In this document: positions 1-7,977 of the stretch, one piece after another | How the letters are laid out: each line of letters begins with the position of its first letter | How positions within the stretch are numbered: position 1 is the stretch's first letter | DNA from: an uncultured Anaerolinea sp. | Lineage (GTDB): Bacteria; Chloroflexota; Anaerolineae; Anaerolineales; Villigracilaceae | Length of the DNA: 52,827 bases | NCBI GenBank assembly: GCA_964571615.1 | Contig: CAZNCT010000004.1 | Span: forward strand, 10,758 to 63,584 | Direction: 5' to 3' | The notes under the pieces: generated by a model | The model's database searches: none | Told to the model about the DNA's origin: nothing | The model's input: the letters and a program-made list of their open reading frames with translations, nothing else | Made by a program: the position numbers and the translations under genes

Positions 1-710
1 ACCGAGATGCGTATCGGCGGTAGTGGACATGGAGCCAGAAATGACAAACGCCTCGAGCCTGCCCAGCGGGGGGAAGTCAATTTCTTCCAGTTCGGTAAAG
101 GTTGGTACGAGGGTGATTTTGCCATCACGAATGAATGTGGCTTCGTGGTCGTATTCATTGGTCAAGCCGTTAAGGTGAAAGGTGCAATAATAATTCCAGG
201 GCGGGGTCGGATTTTTGGGCAACCCGGCGTCGTACAGGTAAACCTCGCGGGGGGTATCGAGGCGCTCCATGACATAAACGCCCATGTTGTTGATTAGGCC
301 CGGCCCCATGCCGCAATCGGGCAAAAGGCTGACCCCGGCGCGCCTGGCGTCTGCATCCAGTTTCAACTGGCTCCAGACCACATCGGTGTTGCCGCCCATG
401 TCACACAGGCTGACACCGGCCTCGATGCAGGCGCGGCTGATGCTCAGGTTGTGGTAGTAGGTGACGGCGCTCAGGGCGACGTCCATGCCCTTCAGGCGGG
501 ATACAAGCGCCGGGTAGTCTGAGACATCCAGGAAAACGCCCCGGGCCACCTCGCGGCCTGCTAAGCGGTTAATCCTTGCGGCAGATTGAGTCGCCGCATC
601 TTCCTTAAAATCAGCCAGGATAATTTGTTCGGCATCGCCAAATTTGGCCAGATCGTAGGCGGCAGCGGTTCCCTGGCGTCCCGCGCCGAGAATGATGTAT
701 TTGTAGCCAT
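1..710 (-). CDS. saccharopine dehydrogenase-like NAD(P)-binding oxidoreductase; 3' end runs off the window and the 5' end has a frame problem
   Basis: The minus-strand frame is open to the window edge, so it is absent from the ORF track. It translates to ..GYKYIILGAGRQGTAAAYDLAKFGD..DCGMGPGLINNMG.., an N-terminal GxGxxG Rossmann fold. The only SD+ATG (GGAGG-N5-ATG at 708-710) is one base out of frame with this reading frame. Confidence 0.6.
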
Positions 711-777
711 AGTGCCCTCCGAGTTGGATTTTAGCATAAGAGTTTGCATGCAAGCCAAAAACAGATATACTTCAGGT

Positions 778-1215
778 ATGGACGCAAACCAGCAAGAAGC
801 CCTCAAGAAGTTTGTGATTAATGAACTGGCAAAACACCGGCGACAAAGCGATGTTACCCAGTCGGTCTGCGAAAAAACCGGCCTGTATTGGGACGAGGCC
901 GAGCGTTTTGTGCAGGAAGTGGCCGAGACCTACCACCTGCAGGTGCGCCGAAAACGTTCGCCAATTCTGGTGGCGCTTTCAATGGCCATTGCCCTGGCCG
1001 GTTTGGGATTGGTGCTGATGACCATTTACACAATCAGCGGGATTGTCATCTTTCACCGCTCTACCCAGCCAGAAGTGTTGAGCACCTTGAATATCTTGAT
1101 GCTGATTGTCAACGAAGCCTCGACGGCGGTCTGGCTTGGCTCAATTGGCCTGGCGATGCTGGTTGGGGGCATGTTAGGCATGCAACAGGTATGGAGCGAT
1201 TGGCTGGAAAGATAA
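778..1215 (+). CDS. hypothetical membrane protein (soluble N-terminal segment plus 2-3 TM helices)
   Basis: This is the internal ATG of track ORF 586..1215, which avoids overlap with the upstream minus-strand gene. Hydrophobic segments include ILVALSMAIALAGLGLVLMTIY and AVWLGSIGLAMLVGGMLG. TATACT lies 6 nt upstream of the ATG. Confidence 0.55.
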   Translation: MDANQQEALKKFVINELAKHRRQSDVTQSVCEKTGLYWDEAERFVQEVAETYHLQVRRKRSPILVALSMAIALAGLGLVLMTIYTISGIVIFHRSTQPEVLSTLNILMLIVNEASTAVWLGSIGLAMLVGGMLGMQQVWSDWLER

Positions 1216-1228
1216 ACTCAAACAAAAA

Positions 1229-1270
1229 AAAGAAGGGCTGTCTGAAAACCCGGACAGCCCTTCTTTTTTG
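1229..1270. terminator. bidirectional intrinsic terminator between convergent genes
   Basis: Hairpin AGAAGGGCTGTC-loop-GACAGCCCTTCT is flanked by an A-run upstream and a T-run downstream. Confidence 0.75.
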
Positions 1271-1287
1271 CTTACAGGAACAACCGC

Positions 1288-3753
1288 CTACCAGGCAGGT
1301 TCGGCCTGGCCTTGCGGGCCAATGCGGAAAGGCGCCCAGGCCAGGGCAACCAGGCGAACGTCAATATCGGTCTTTTTGGGTTTGATGACCAGTGTCTCAA
1401 GCGTTTCGGTGGCCGGGTCTATTTTGGCCGCCAGGGATTCGGCTTCGCGCTCAAACTCGGCATTCAGGTCTTGAAGTTGCTTTTTATAGGTTTCGAGCGT
1501 TTCTTTGGCCCGCTCGACATCGCTTTGCTGCTGCGCCGAACGCCCAACTCCCTTGAGCGCGCTGGCGGCTTTGCTGATGTTGCTGGTGCTGGCAAGTTTG
1601 CGGCCTGTAAAAGCGCCCAGTAAGGTTGCGCCAAAAGAAAGAGCGGTTTGAACTTTGGCCTGGCTGGCCTGGTCGGCTTCGCGTTGTACGGCCTGTTCGG
1701 CGCGCCGCACTTTTTCTTGCAAGGCGGTCATTCGGCTGGCATATTTTTTGCGCAAGGCATCCACTTGCAGGTCGCGCTGTTCGCGCGAAATCTGCGCCAG
1801 GCGCACCCTGAAATCACGCTCTTCTTCGTCAGGCGCCGAGACCTGGCCGAGACTGGCACTGCGAAGCAGCGTCAGGGTTTCGTGTCCAAAAATCCAGGTT
1901 GCGAAATCGCGCTGCCAATCGGCATAACTTTTGGCCTTGAAGGCGGCAGGGGGCAGGGTTTCAAAAGCAACCCCGGGGGTTGGAGTCTTTTCAAGGTCGT
2001 TGAGGGAAAGGTCGGCTTCTTGAGATTCTTCCCAATTCACCGGGATGACCCTATCCTGAATAGGGGTGAGGGCCACCAGGTCGCGGAACACATCGACCCG
2101 ATTACGGGTATCGTTAAAGCGAACTTTTGCGCCGCCAATCAGGGTAGGCTTGTAAACAACGCCCGAAGGATTGCCGCGCAAGGGGATGAAAAATTGCGGG
2201 ATGTCGGCTGTCAGCGTCGGCTGGGCGCCAGCGGCCAGTTCATGGGACGGAGTTGGCGTGGCTACCGGAGGCGCGGCTGCGGGGGTTTCGGCAGGGGCCG
2301 CAATGGCCGGGGCGGGTCGGCTGCTCTGCTGGCTGCTCTGCTTGTATGGATCCATCAGGTCTTTGATTTGGGCGCGCGTAAGCGGCCCACGCAGGTAAGA
2401 CAGGCACCAGCGGGTTGTAAAGACCACCGGTTCGTTTTCGTGGGTATTGCTCATCAAGAAGACACGACTGCCCAGGCCAGCCAGGAGTTGACTCATGCGC
2501 TGGCGGTCAAAACCCCCTCCGGCGCTGGCGGCGGCGCCTTCGAGCCCTTCCATCACCCTGGCTTTGTCGCGCTCGGTCTGCAAGCGGCCAATAAACCAGG
2601 TACCGGTGTTGGCGAGACCTTTGTAATCCAGGTCAACCGGGTTCTGGGTCGCCAGGACAACCCCCACCCCATAAGCGCGAGCCTGCTTGAGCAACGTCAG
2701 CAAAGGTTTTTTGGATGGCGGGTTGGCGGTAGGTGGAAAATAGCCAAAGATTTCATCCATATAAAGCAAAGCGCGCAGGCTGGTAGTGCCAGGCAGGGTG
2801 CGCATCCAACCCAGAATCTGGTTCAGCAACAAGGAGACAAAAAACATGCGCTCGTTTTCAGAAAGATGAGCAATCGAAAAAATCGCGACGCGCGGTTTGC
2901 CTTGCGGGGTGTACAAAATTTGTTTGATATCCAGCGGAATGCCATCCATCCAGGTACTAAAACCGGGTGAAGCCAGCAGGTTATTAAGCGCCATAACCAG
3001 GCCAAAACGGTCTTTGGATGGGTAAAAAGTCTCCACATCAAGCACGCCAATTTGGGTGATGGGCGGTTTTTGGACACTGGCAATTAAGGCGGCCAGGTCA
3101 AGGTCCTGTCCATTTTGCCACATCTGGCTCAAGATGCTTGAAATCAAGATGTGTTCGCGGCTCTGAATAGGGTCGGCCTGAATGTTAAGCAAGCCGAGCA
3201 GGCTGGTGACGGTGGATGAAATGCGTTCCTGAAAAAGCTCAGAGTCTTCGATAATCTCAGCAGGTGGGGCCGCAAAAGATTTCAAAATTGAAACCGGAAC
3301 GCCAGCGCTGCTACCGGGGGTGTAAATGACAAATTCGGCAGAATCGCGCAAACGCTGAATGCGAGCGCCATCTTGCTGCCAGTCGGCCAGGCCTTTCTTC
3401 CACAGGGCGGCTTGTTGGTTGGCAAACTCATCGGCAGACAGGCCTTTGCGGGCCGCATCTTCAACATTAATCCAGGGCCTGAAGTCTTCGCCGCGTAATT
3501 CGGGGAAGGTTAACAGCAAGTTTGCCAGGTCACCTTTAGGGTCAATCAAAATAGAAGGAACGCCATCAATGGCGGCTTCTTCTATCAGCCCAATGCAAAG
3601 GCCGGTTTTGCCGCTGCCGGTCATCCCTACCGCAACGGCATGAGTGACCAAATCGCGGGAATCATAGAGCAGAAGATTGTCGCCCATTTTGGCCGATTCA
3701 AGGTCATACTCCCGCCCCAGGTAAAGAACGCCTAGCTTTTCATAGTCTTGCAT
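1288..3753 (-). CDS. HerA/FtsK-like P-loop ATPase (DUF87-type) with a long Pro/Ala linker and a coiled-coil C-terminal extension
   Basis: 821-aa ORF. Walker A is GMTGSGKTG and the Walker B-like segment is LLYMDEIFGYF, followed by ATQNPVDLDYKGLANTGTWFIGRL. The C-terminal ~350 aa are rich in heptad-like Q/E/R/A segments. SD AGGAGG precedes the ATG. Confidence 0.7.
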   Translation of the reverse strand: MQDYEKLGVLYLGREYDLESAKMGDNLLLYDSRDLVTHAVAVGMTGSGKTGLCIGLIEEAAIDGVPSILIDPKGDLANLLLTFPELRGEDFRPWINVEDAARKGLSADEFANQQAALWKKGLADWQQDGARIQRLRDSAEFVIYTPGSSAGVPVSILKSFAAPPAEIIEDSELFQERISSTVTSLLGLLNIQADPIQSREHILISSILSQMWQNGQDLDLAALIASVQKPPITQIGVLDVETFYPSKDRFGLVMALNNLLASPGFSTWMDGIPLDIKQILYTPQGKPRVAIFSIAHLSENERMFFVSLLLNQILGWMRTLPGTTSLRALLYMDEIFGYFPPTANPPSKKPLLTLLKQARAYGVGVVLATQNPVDLDYKGLANTGTWFIGRLQTERDKARVMEGLEGAAASAGGGFDRQRMSQLLAGLGSRVFLMSNTHENEPVVFTTRWCLSYLRGPLTRAQIKDLMDPYKQSSQQSSRPAPAIAAPAETPAAAPPVATPTPSHELAAGAQPTLTADIPQFFIPLRGNPSGVVYKPTLIGGAKVRFNDTRNRVDVFRDLVALTPIQDRVIPVNWEESQEADLSLNDLEKTPTPGVAFETLPPAAFKAKSYADWQRDFATWIFGHETLTLLRSASLGQVSAPDEEERDFRVRLAQISREQRDLQVDALRKKYASRMTALQEKVRRAEQAVQREADQASQAKVQTALSFGATLLGAFTGRKLASTSNISKAASALKGVGRSAQQQSDVERAKETLETYKKQLQDLNAEFEREAESLAAKIDPATETLETLVIKPKKTDIDVRLVALAWAPFRIGPQGQAEPAW

Positions 3754-3893
3754 CAGTTGCCTCCTGAATGTTGGCTGAAACTATCAAATGAATTATATAA
3801 CAGGAAACCTCGAAGAAGTTGAAAACGAGCCAGGAGATTGCTCATCCCAAACCATTCAGGCGGCCTGGCATCGGAAACCAGATTGCTGAGCAA

Positions 3894-3927
3894 TGAAAAA
3901 GGGCTGCCCAATTTTTGGGGCAGCCCC
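3894..3927 (-). terminator. intrinsic terminator (minus strand)
   Basis: The minus-strand RNA reads GGGGCUGCCCC-AAAAAUU-GGGCAGCCC followed by UUUUU. Confidence 0.8.
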
Positions 3928-4002
3928 TAAGCGGTTCAAGAGCGGTTTCGCCTGTACGAAAACCGGTTTTCTCGCCTGCAATGCCGGGCGGTATCTTAGA
4001 GT

Positions 4003-4147
4003 CTATCCGAAAATTATTCTACCGCTGCGGCGCCGCTGTCACACCAACCCGCCTGAAGGCAGCCTTTAGCCCGCAAAGCGGGCTTTGTGTCCTAGCCGGG
4101 CGATTGATCTGCCGGCACGGCGGGCCGGAAAATAAATTTTCGGAGAG
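4003..4147 (-). ncRNA. candidate structured RNA (3'-UTR element or 3'-UTR-derived sRNA) downstream of the DUF4332 gene
   Basis: A long-range ~20-bp helix pairs 4125-4147 with 4003-4024. It encloses helices CCCGCC/GGCGGG and GGCAG/CUGCC and an apical hairpin AGCCCGC-UUU-GCGGGCU. No convincing ORF is present. The region ends about 75 nt further on at the terminator 3894-3927. Confidence 0.3.
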
Positions 4148-4152
4148 GTTTT

Positions 4153-4557
4153 TTAGTACTCAACCACCCGGGGCAGTGATTTGGCCGAATCAATCCAACC
4201 CTGCACCTGCTCCTGGGTAGGCAGTTTGCGAACCAGATTCTTGGATTCGTTCACTTCAGCCATTTTCTTATACAGATTTTCAGCATTGCGTTGGGCCAAT
4301 TCGGGAACAGTATCGACCCCGGCCTGCTCGAGCAAATCAGAATATTCTTCGCCAATGCCCTTAACGCGGAACAAGTCGGCGCGGTTGACCCATTCGAGAA
4401 TAAGTTTCTCGCTCAAGCCGGTAGCAGCTGCCAGGTCTTTGCGGCCTTTGGCAGTAGCGCCAGATTTGAGCAAAGCATCCAGGCTGCCAACGCCAGCGGC
4501 CTTCAGTTTTTCGGCATATGCGGGGCCAATGCCTTCGATTGCGGTTAATGCTGTCAT
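4153..4557 (-). CDS. DUF4332 domain-containing protein (helix-hairpin-helix-like)
   Basis: 134-aa ORF containing ..IEGIGPAYAEKLKAAGV.. and ..VKGIGEEYSDLLEQAGVDTV.., the repeats typical of DUF4332. SD AAGGAG lies upstream. Confidence 0.75.
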   Translation of the reverse strand: MTALTAIEGIGPAYAEKLKAAGVGSLDALLKSGATAKGRKDLAAATGLSEKLILEWVNRADLFRVKGIGEEYSDLLEQAGVDTVPELAQRNAENLYKKMAEVNESKNLVRKLPTQEQVQGWIDSAKSLPRVVEY

Positions 4558-4663
4558 TTTTATCTCCTTATGCTGATAACAATTTGAAAGACTCCACTAT
4601 GTTCAAGTATAGCCCAAAACGACAGGATTGCCAAAGAGAACCTGAAGGCTCAAGCCATCGGCG

Positions 4664-4672
4664 TGATATAAT
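4664..4672 (+). promoter_or_regulatory. extended -10 promoter element (TGaTATAAT) for the 4715 gene
   Basis: TGATATAAT lies about 43 nt upstream of ATG 4715. I did not identify a clear -35. Confidence 0.4.
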
Positions 4673-4714
4673 TTTTGAAGCCTACCAGATTGGGAAAAGA
4701 AAGGAATAGATGAG

Positions 4715-5185
4715 ATGACCAACATGCCGCCCAAAACAACCTCTATGGGAAAAGCAAACCCGGTGTCGTATGTCAAATTTTCAGACCAATTGACCGGAAC
4801 CCTGCAAGACATTACCAGGATGATCAATCAACAAAAAGAAACGATTGACTCGATTCAAGAGATGGGCATTCAACTCACGGCTACTTTTGGCACTTTGCAC
4901 ACCATGACGGTCAAATATGCGGGGATTGTGAATAACATTTTAGATTTGCTGCTCCCCTTCTTGAAGAAAATTCCACTGGTACCCCCCCAATTACTGGAGC
5001 TGGCTACGCAAATCGAGCGGATTACCCAACAAATTATTGACAACAGCGAAAAAACCAGCAAAACCATTGCAGATATTGATGCAGGCCTGAAAACTGCCGA
5101 TGTTAACCGCTTGAAGGGCTATTCTGGCGAGTTGCAAAACATCACCCAGGCTCTTTCGGCAATTTTGCCTGATGTGAAAAAATGA
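4715..5185 (+). CDS. hypothetical helical protein with no recognisable family
   Basis: 156-aa ORF that is visibly more AT-rich than its neighbours. The sequence is Q/I/L/T-rich and predicted helical. Confidence 0.5.
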   Translation: MTNMPPKTTSMGKANPVSYVKFSDQLTGTLQDITRMINQQKETIDSIQEMGIQLTATFGTLHTMTVKYAGIVNNILDLLLPFLKKIPLVPPQLLELATQIERITQQIIDNSEKTSKTIADIDAGLKTADVNRLKGYSGELQNITQALSAILPDVKK

Positions 5186-5262
5186 AAGCATAAAACCAAC
5201 AATATGCTATAATTTTCTTGTTCGTTCACCGCCATCCTGTCAACCAATTCAAGGAGCAGACC

Positions 5263-5793
5263 ATGAGTTTCTTTTCCACCATTCTCGAAAAAATTGGCAT
5301 CAAGAAGAAAGAAGAACCTGTTGCCAAGCCCGCTGAAGCTGCCAAGCCTGTCGCCGCGCCCCAGCAGCCCAAGCCAGCGCCTGCCGCGCAACCGGCCCAA
5401 CCGGCTGCCCCAACCCACATTCCTGGAACAGCCGCCGCGGCCTATATGTCCAGCGCAGCCAAACCTGCCGCTTCACCGGCTTCGGCAGAACCTGCTGAAC
5501 CCAAAGAACCTGCGAAACCGGTTGCGATTGATGTTGTTGATGTGGTCAGCAACCTTGAGAAACTTGCCGCTTCCCGCCCCGAAAAGCTGGATTGGAAAGT
5601 CTCGATTGTCGATTTGCTCAAACTGCTCGATATCGACAGCAGCCTGAAGGCCCGCCAGGAACTGGCCAAAGAACTCGGCTGCCCACCCGACACCATGAGT
5701 GACTCGGCCCGCATGAACGTCTGGCTGCACAAAACCGTCTTGCAGAAAATTGCCGAAAACGGCGGCAACATTCCGCAAGAACTGCTCGACTAA
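5263..5793 (+). CDS. DUF3597 domain-containing protein
   Basis: Start is the internal ATG preceded by AAGGAG. The N-terminus is MSFFSTILEKIGIKK, followed by a Pro/Ala-rich linker. The C-terminus LDWKVSIVDLLKLLDIDSSLKARQELAKELGCP...WLHKTVLQKIAENGGNIP matches my memory of DUF3597. Confidence 0.75.
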   Translation: MSFFSTILEKIGIKKKEEPVAKPAEAAKPVAAPQQPKPAPAAQPAQPAAPTHIPGTAAAAYMSSAAKPAASPASAEPAEPKEPAKPVAIDVVDVVSNLEKLAASRPEKLDWKVSIVDLLKLLDIDSSLKARQELAKELGCPPDTMSDSARMNVWLHKTVLQKIAENGGNIPQELLD

Positions 5794-5808
5794 TCCAAAG
5801 ACCCTCAA

Positions 5809-5839
5809 GGGGCTGCCCAAAACCGGGCAGCCCCTTTCT
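5809..5839 (+). terminator. intrinsic terminator
   Basis: GGGGCTGCCC-AAAACC-GGGCAGCCCC is followed by TTTCT. The stem is nearly identical to that of the terminator at 3901-3927. Confidence 0.75.
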
Positions 5840-5897
5840 AGTTTAACAAGACCTTTACCAATTTGTCGTTCCCTGAAATTTGGTATAAAAAACGGTG

Positions 5898-5936
5898 CAC
5901 GGATTACACGGACTGACGCGGATGAACACGGATAAA
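5898..5936. repeat. four tandem ~10-bp repeats with a CACGGAT core
   Basis: The units read CACGGATTA, CACGGACTGA, CGCGGATGAA and CACGGATAAA, with periods of 9, 10 and 10 bp. Confidence 0.7.
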
Positions 5937-6049
5937 CCATCAAAAGGCATTCAAAATTGGGCGCAGGGTTGAAATTGTTTGGACATATCAGGAAGAGAAA
6001 AAAATTGCTGAAAGATGCCAGTAATTAGATCGGTCTGGGCAAAATTCGT

Positions 6050-6078
6050 TTGACAAATCCATCTTCCCTTGCTATACT
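6050..6078 (+). promoter_or_regulatory. sigma-70-type promoter for rnj
   Basis: TTGACA (6050-6055), a 17-nt spacer, then TATACT (6073-6078). Confidence 0.7.
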
Positions 6079-6158
6079 GTCAGAGCAGTATCGTACCTGC
6101 CGCGTTTTGGCAGTGTTGCAAAGCGACATTTGTACCGGTCTCACGGCATGATTACAAA

Positions 6159-6198
6159 ACATCCCTCGGCAACACTTGCGAGGGATGTTCTCTTTCAA
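6159..6198 (+). promoter_or_regulatory. terminator-like hairpin inside the rnj 5' leader
   Basis: A perfect 10-bp stem ACATCCCTCG/CGAGGGATGT with a 10-nt loop is followed by TCTCTTTC. It lies about 70 nt upstream of the rnj ATG. Confidence 0.45.
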
Positions 6199-6258
6199 TC
6201 AGACTTCAACCGCAAAAGCGGATAATACTCTTAAACAACGAAAGGTTTTTGCTCGTTT

Positions 6259-7899
6259 ATGCAAAACAACAAATTAAGAATTATTCCCCTGGGGGGCCTG
6301 GGGGAAGTAGGCAAAAATATGATGGCCTACGAATTTAACGACCAGATTTTGCTGGTCGATGCTGGTTTAATGTTCCCAGATAATGACATGCTCGGGGTGG
6401 ACTATATCATCCCTGACTTTGAATATCTATACGACAAAAGTCATAAAATTGCAGGCATTATCATCACGCATGGGCACGAAGACCATATTGGCGCCATTCA
6501 CCATGTCTTACGCCAAATTCCGGCCCCTATTTTTGGCACCCCGCTAACCCTGGGGCTGGTAGAGGTCAAACTGGCGCGCAATGGCATGGCATCTAAGGCC
6601 GAACTACGCCAGGTGCAGGCCGGTGAAACTGTTCAGATTGGCCCCTTCAAGGTGGAGTTCTTTCACGTCAGCCACTCCATTCCCGATGCAGTTGGCCTGG
6701 CGATTGAAACCAGTGCGGGATTGGTGGTACACACCGGTGATTATAAATTTGACCATACCCCGGTCGATAACTGGCCAACCGATTTTGCCAAACTGGCGGA
6801 ACTCTCTACCCGTGGGGTGCACCTGCTGCTCTCTGACTCGACCAATGCCGAGCGCCCCGGTTGGATGCCTTCGGAGCGGGTGATCGAACCGGCCCTCGAC
6901 CAGGTAATCAAAAACGCCCGCGGACGGGTCATCATTGCCACCTTTGCCTCGCTCATCTCGCGGATGCAGCAGGTAGCCGATGCCGCCGTTCGTCATGGGC
7001 GCAAGCTGGCCTTTGCAGGCAGCAGCATGGTCGATAATGCCAAAATGGCGCGCAAACTGGGCTACCTGAAGGTGCCCGATGAAACCCTGGTCACCCTCGA
7101 AACAGCCCTCAACCTGCCCGACGCGCAAGTGATTTTGATGTGCACCGGCTCTCAAGGGGAACCTTCCTCAATCATCGGGCGGCTTTCAGCCGGAACCAAC
7201 CGTCAGTTTGACCTGAAACCCAACGATACGGTCGTTTTGTCGTCACATCCTATCCCGGGCAACGAGGAAGCGGTCAGCAAAACTATTAACCGCATGTTGC
7301 GGATTGGTGCCGATGTCATTTATGATGCCATTGCGCCGGTGCATGTTTCAGGACACGCCAGCCAGGAAGAGCAAAAACTGATGCTCAACCTGGTACGGCC
7401 CAAATATTTCATGCCTATTCATGGAGAGCTGCGGCAACTGAAACGCCATGCGGCCCTGGCCCGTCAGGTGGGCATTCCGGCAGAGAATATTTTTGTGGCC
7501 GAAAACGGCCAGGTCATTGAAATGGACAATGGAGTGGTCAGCATGGGTGAGCGCATTCCGGGCGGCTATGTGTTTGTGGAAGGCGGCTCGGTAGGCGACA
7601 TGGATCGCAACATCTTGAAAGAGCGCGAACAACTGGCGCGTTCTGGCATCCTGCTCATCAACCTGGGGATTGATAAATTTTCAAACCGTCTGCTCGAAGA
7701 ACCTGAAATCATCACGCGCGGGTTTGTCTCTGCCGAAGAAGCCGAGACCATCCTGCCGGCGGTACGCAAACGAGTGGTAGATGTCATTCATGGGGGCGGA
7801 TTTAATGTCGAAAAAGACATTGTAGATGTGGTGCGTTCGTTTGTGTATAACGAGACCAAACGCCGCCCGCTGGTTTTCGTGACCATGACCAAAGTTTAA
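6259..7899 (+). CDS. rnj: ribonuclease J
   Basis: 546 aa. It has the metallo-beta-lactamase motif ITHGHEDHIG, a beta-CASP region and the C-terminal domain typical of RNase J. Confidence 0.92.
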   Translation: MQNNKLRIIPLGGLGEVGKNMMAYEFNDQILLVDAGLMFPDNDMLGVDYIIPDFEYLYDKSHKIAGIIITHGHEDHIGAIHHVLRQIPAPIFGTPLTLGLVEVKLARNGMASKAELRQVQAGETVQIGPFKVEFFHVSHSIPDAVGLAIETSAGLVVHTGDYKFDHTPVDNWPTDFAKLAELSTRGVHLLLSDSTNAERPGWMPSERVIEPALDQVIKNARGRVIIATFASLISRMQQVADAAVRHGRKLAFAGSSMVDNAKMARKLGYLKVPDETLVTLETALNLPDAQVILMCTGSQGEPSSIIGRLSAGTNRQFDLKPNDTVVLSSHPIPGNEEAVSKTINRMLRIGADVIYDAIAPVHVSGHASQEEQKLMLNLVRPKYFMPIHGELRQLKRHAALARQVGIPAENIFVAENGQVIEMDNGVVSMGERIPGGYVFVEGGSVGDMDRNILKEREQLARSGILLINLGIDKFSNRLLEEPEIITRGFVSAEEAETILPAVRKRVVDVIHGGGFNVEKDIVDVVRSFVYNETKRRPLVFVTMTKV

Positions 7900-7921
7900 A
7901 CTGGCTGTCATTAAATATCGC

Positions 7922-7956
7922 AAACAGGGCTATCCATCAGATAGGTAGCCCTGTTT
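7922..7956. terminator. hairpin between convergent genes (probable bidirectional terminator)
   Basis: AAACAGGGCTA...TAGCCCTGTTT. Confidence 0.5.
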
Positions 7957-7977
7957 GGAAAAAAGCAGACCCGCAGG

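Noticed and set aside
1648-2970. Long antisense ORFs opposite real genes (for example 1648..2970, 21003..21722, 22323..23402, 25764..26429, 26649..27998, 31150..32520, 36551..37456, 39152..39961, 43086..44417, 45913..46707).
   Set aside because: They are Gly/Arg/Ala/Pro-rich low-complexity translations. They lie entirely inside strongly supported genes on the other strand or in another frame, which is the typical shadow-ORF pattern of GC-rich DNA.
3930-4150. I considered whether the structured region is SRP (4.5S) RNA or 6S RNA.
   Set aside because: The plus-strand CCUGAAGGCAGCC only superficially resembles the SRP domain IV motif. The tetraloop and symmetric-loop sequences are missing, and the terminator is on the other strand. 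No 6S-type large central bubble could be drawn. I left it as an unassigned candidate.
3915-4220. 101-aa plus-strand ORF across the non-coding region downstream of the DUF4332 gene.
   Set aside because: It has no SD, overlaps the 3' end of the minus-strand gene, and has an Arg/Pro/Ser-rich composition. RNA structure explains the region better.
3901-5839. Near-identical terminator stems (GGGGCTGCCC...GGGCAGCCCC at 3901-3927 and 5809-5834, with a related GGGCTGTC stem at 1233-1264) considered as a dispersed repeat family.
   Set aside because: Only the 9-10-bp GC stems are shared. The loops and flanks differ. With three copies this is compatible with convergent terminator design, so it is noted in the features only.
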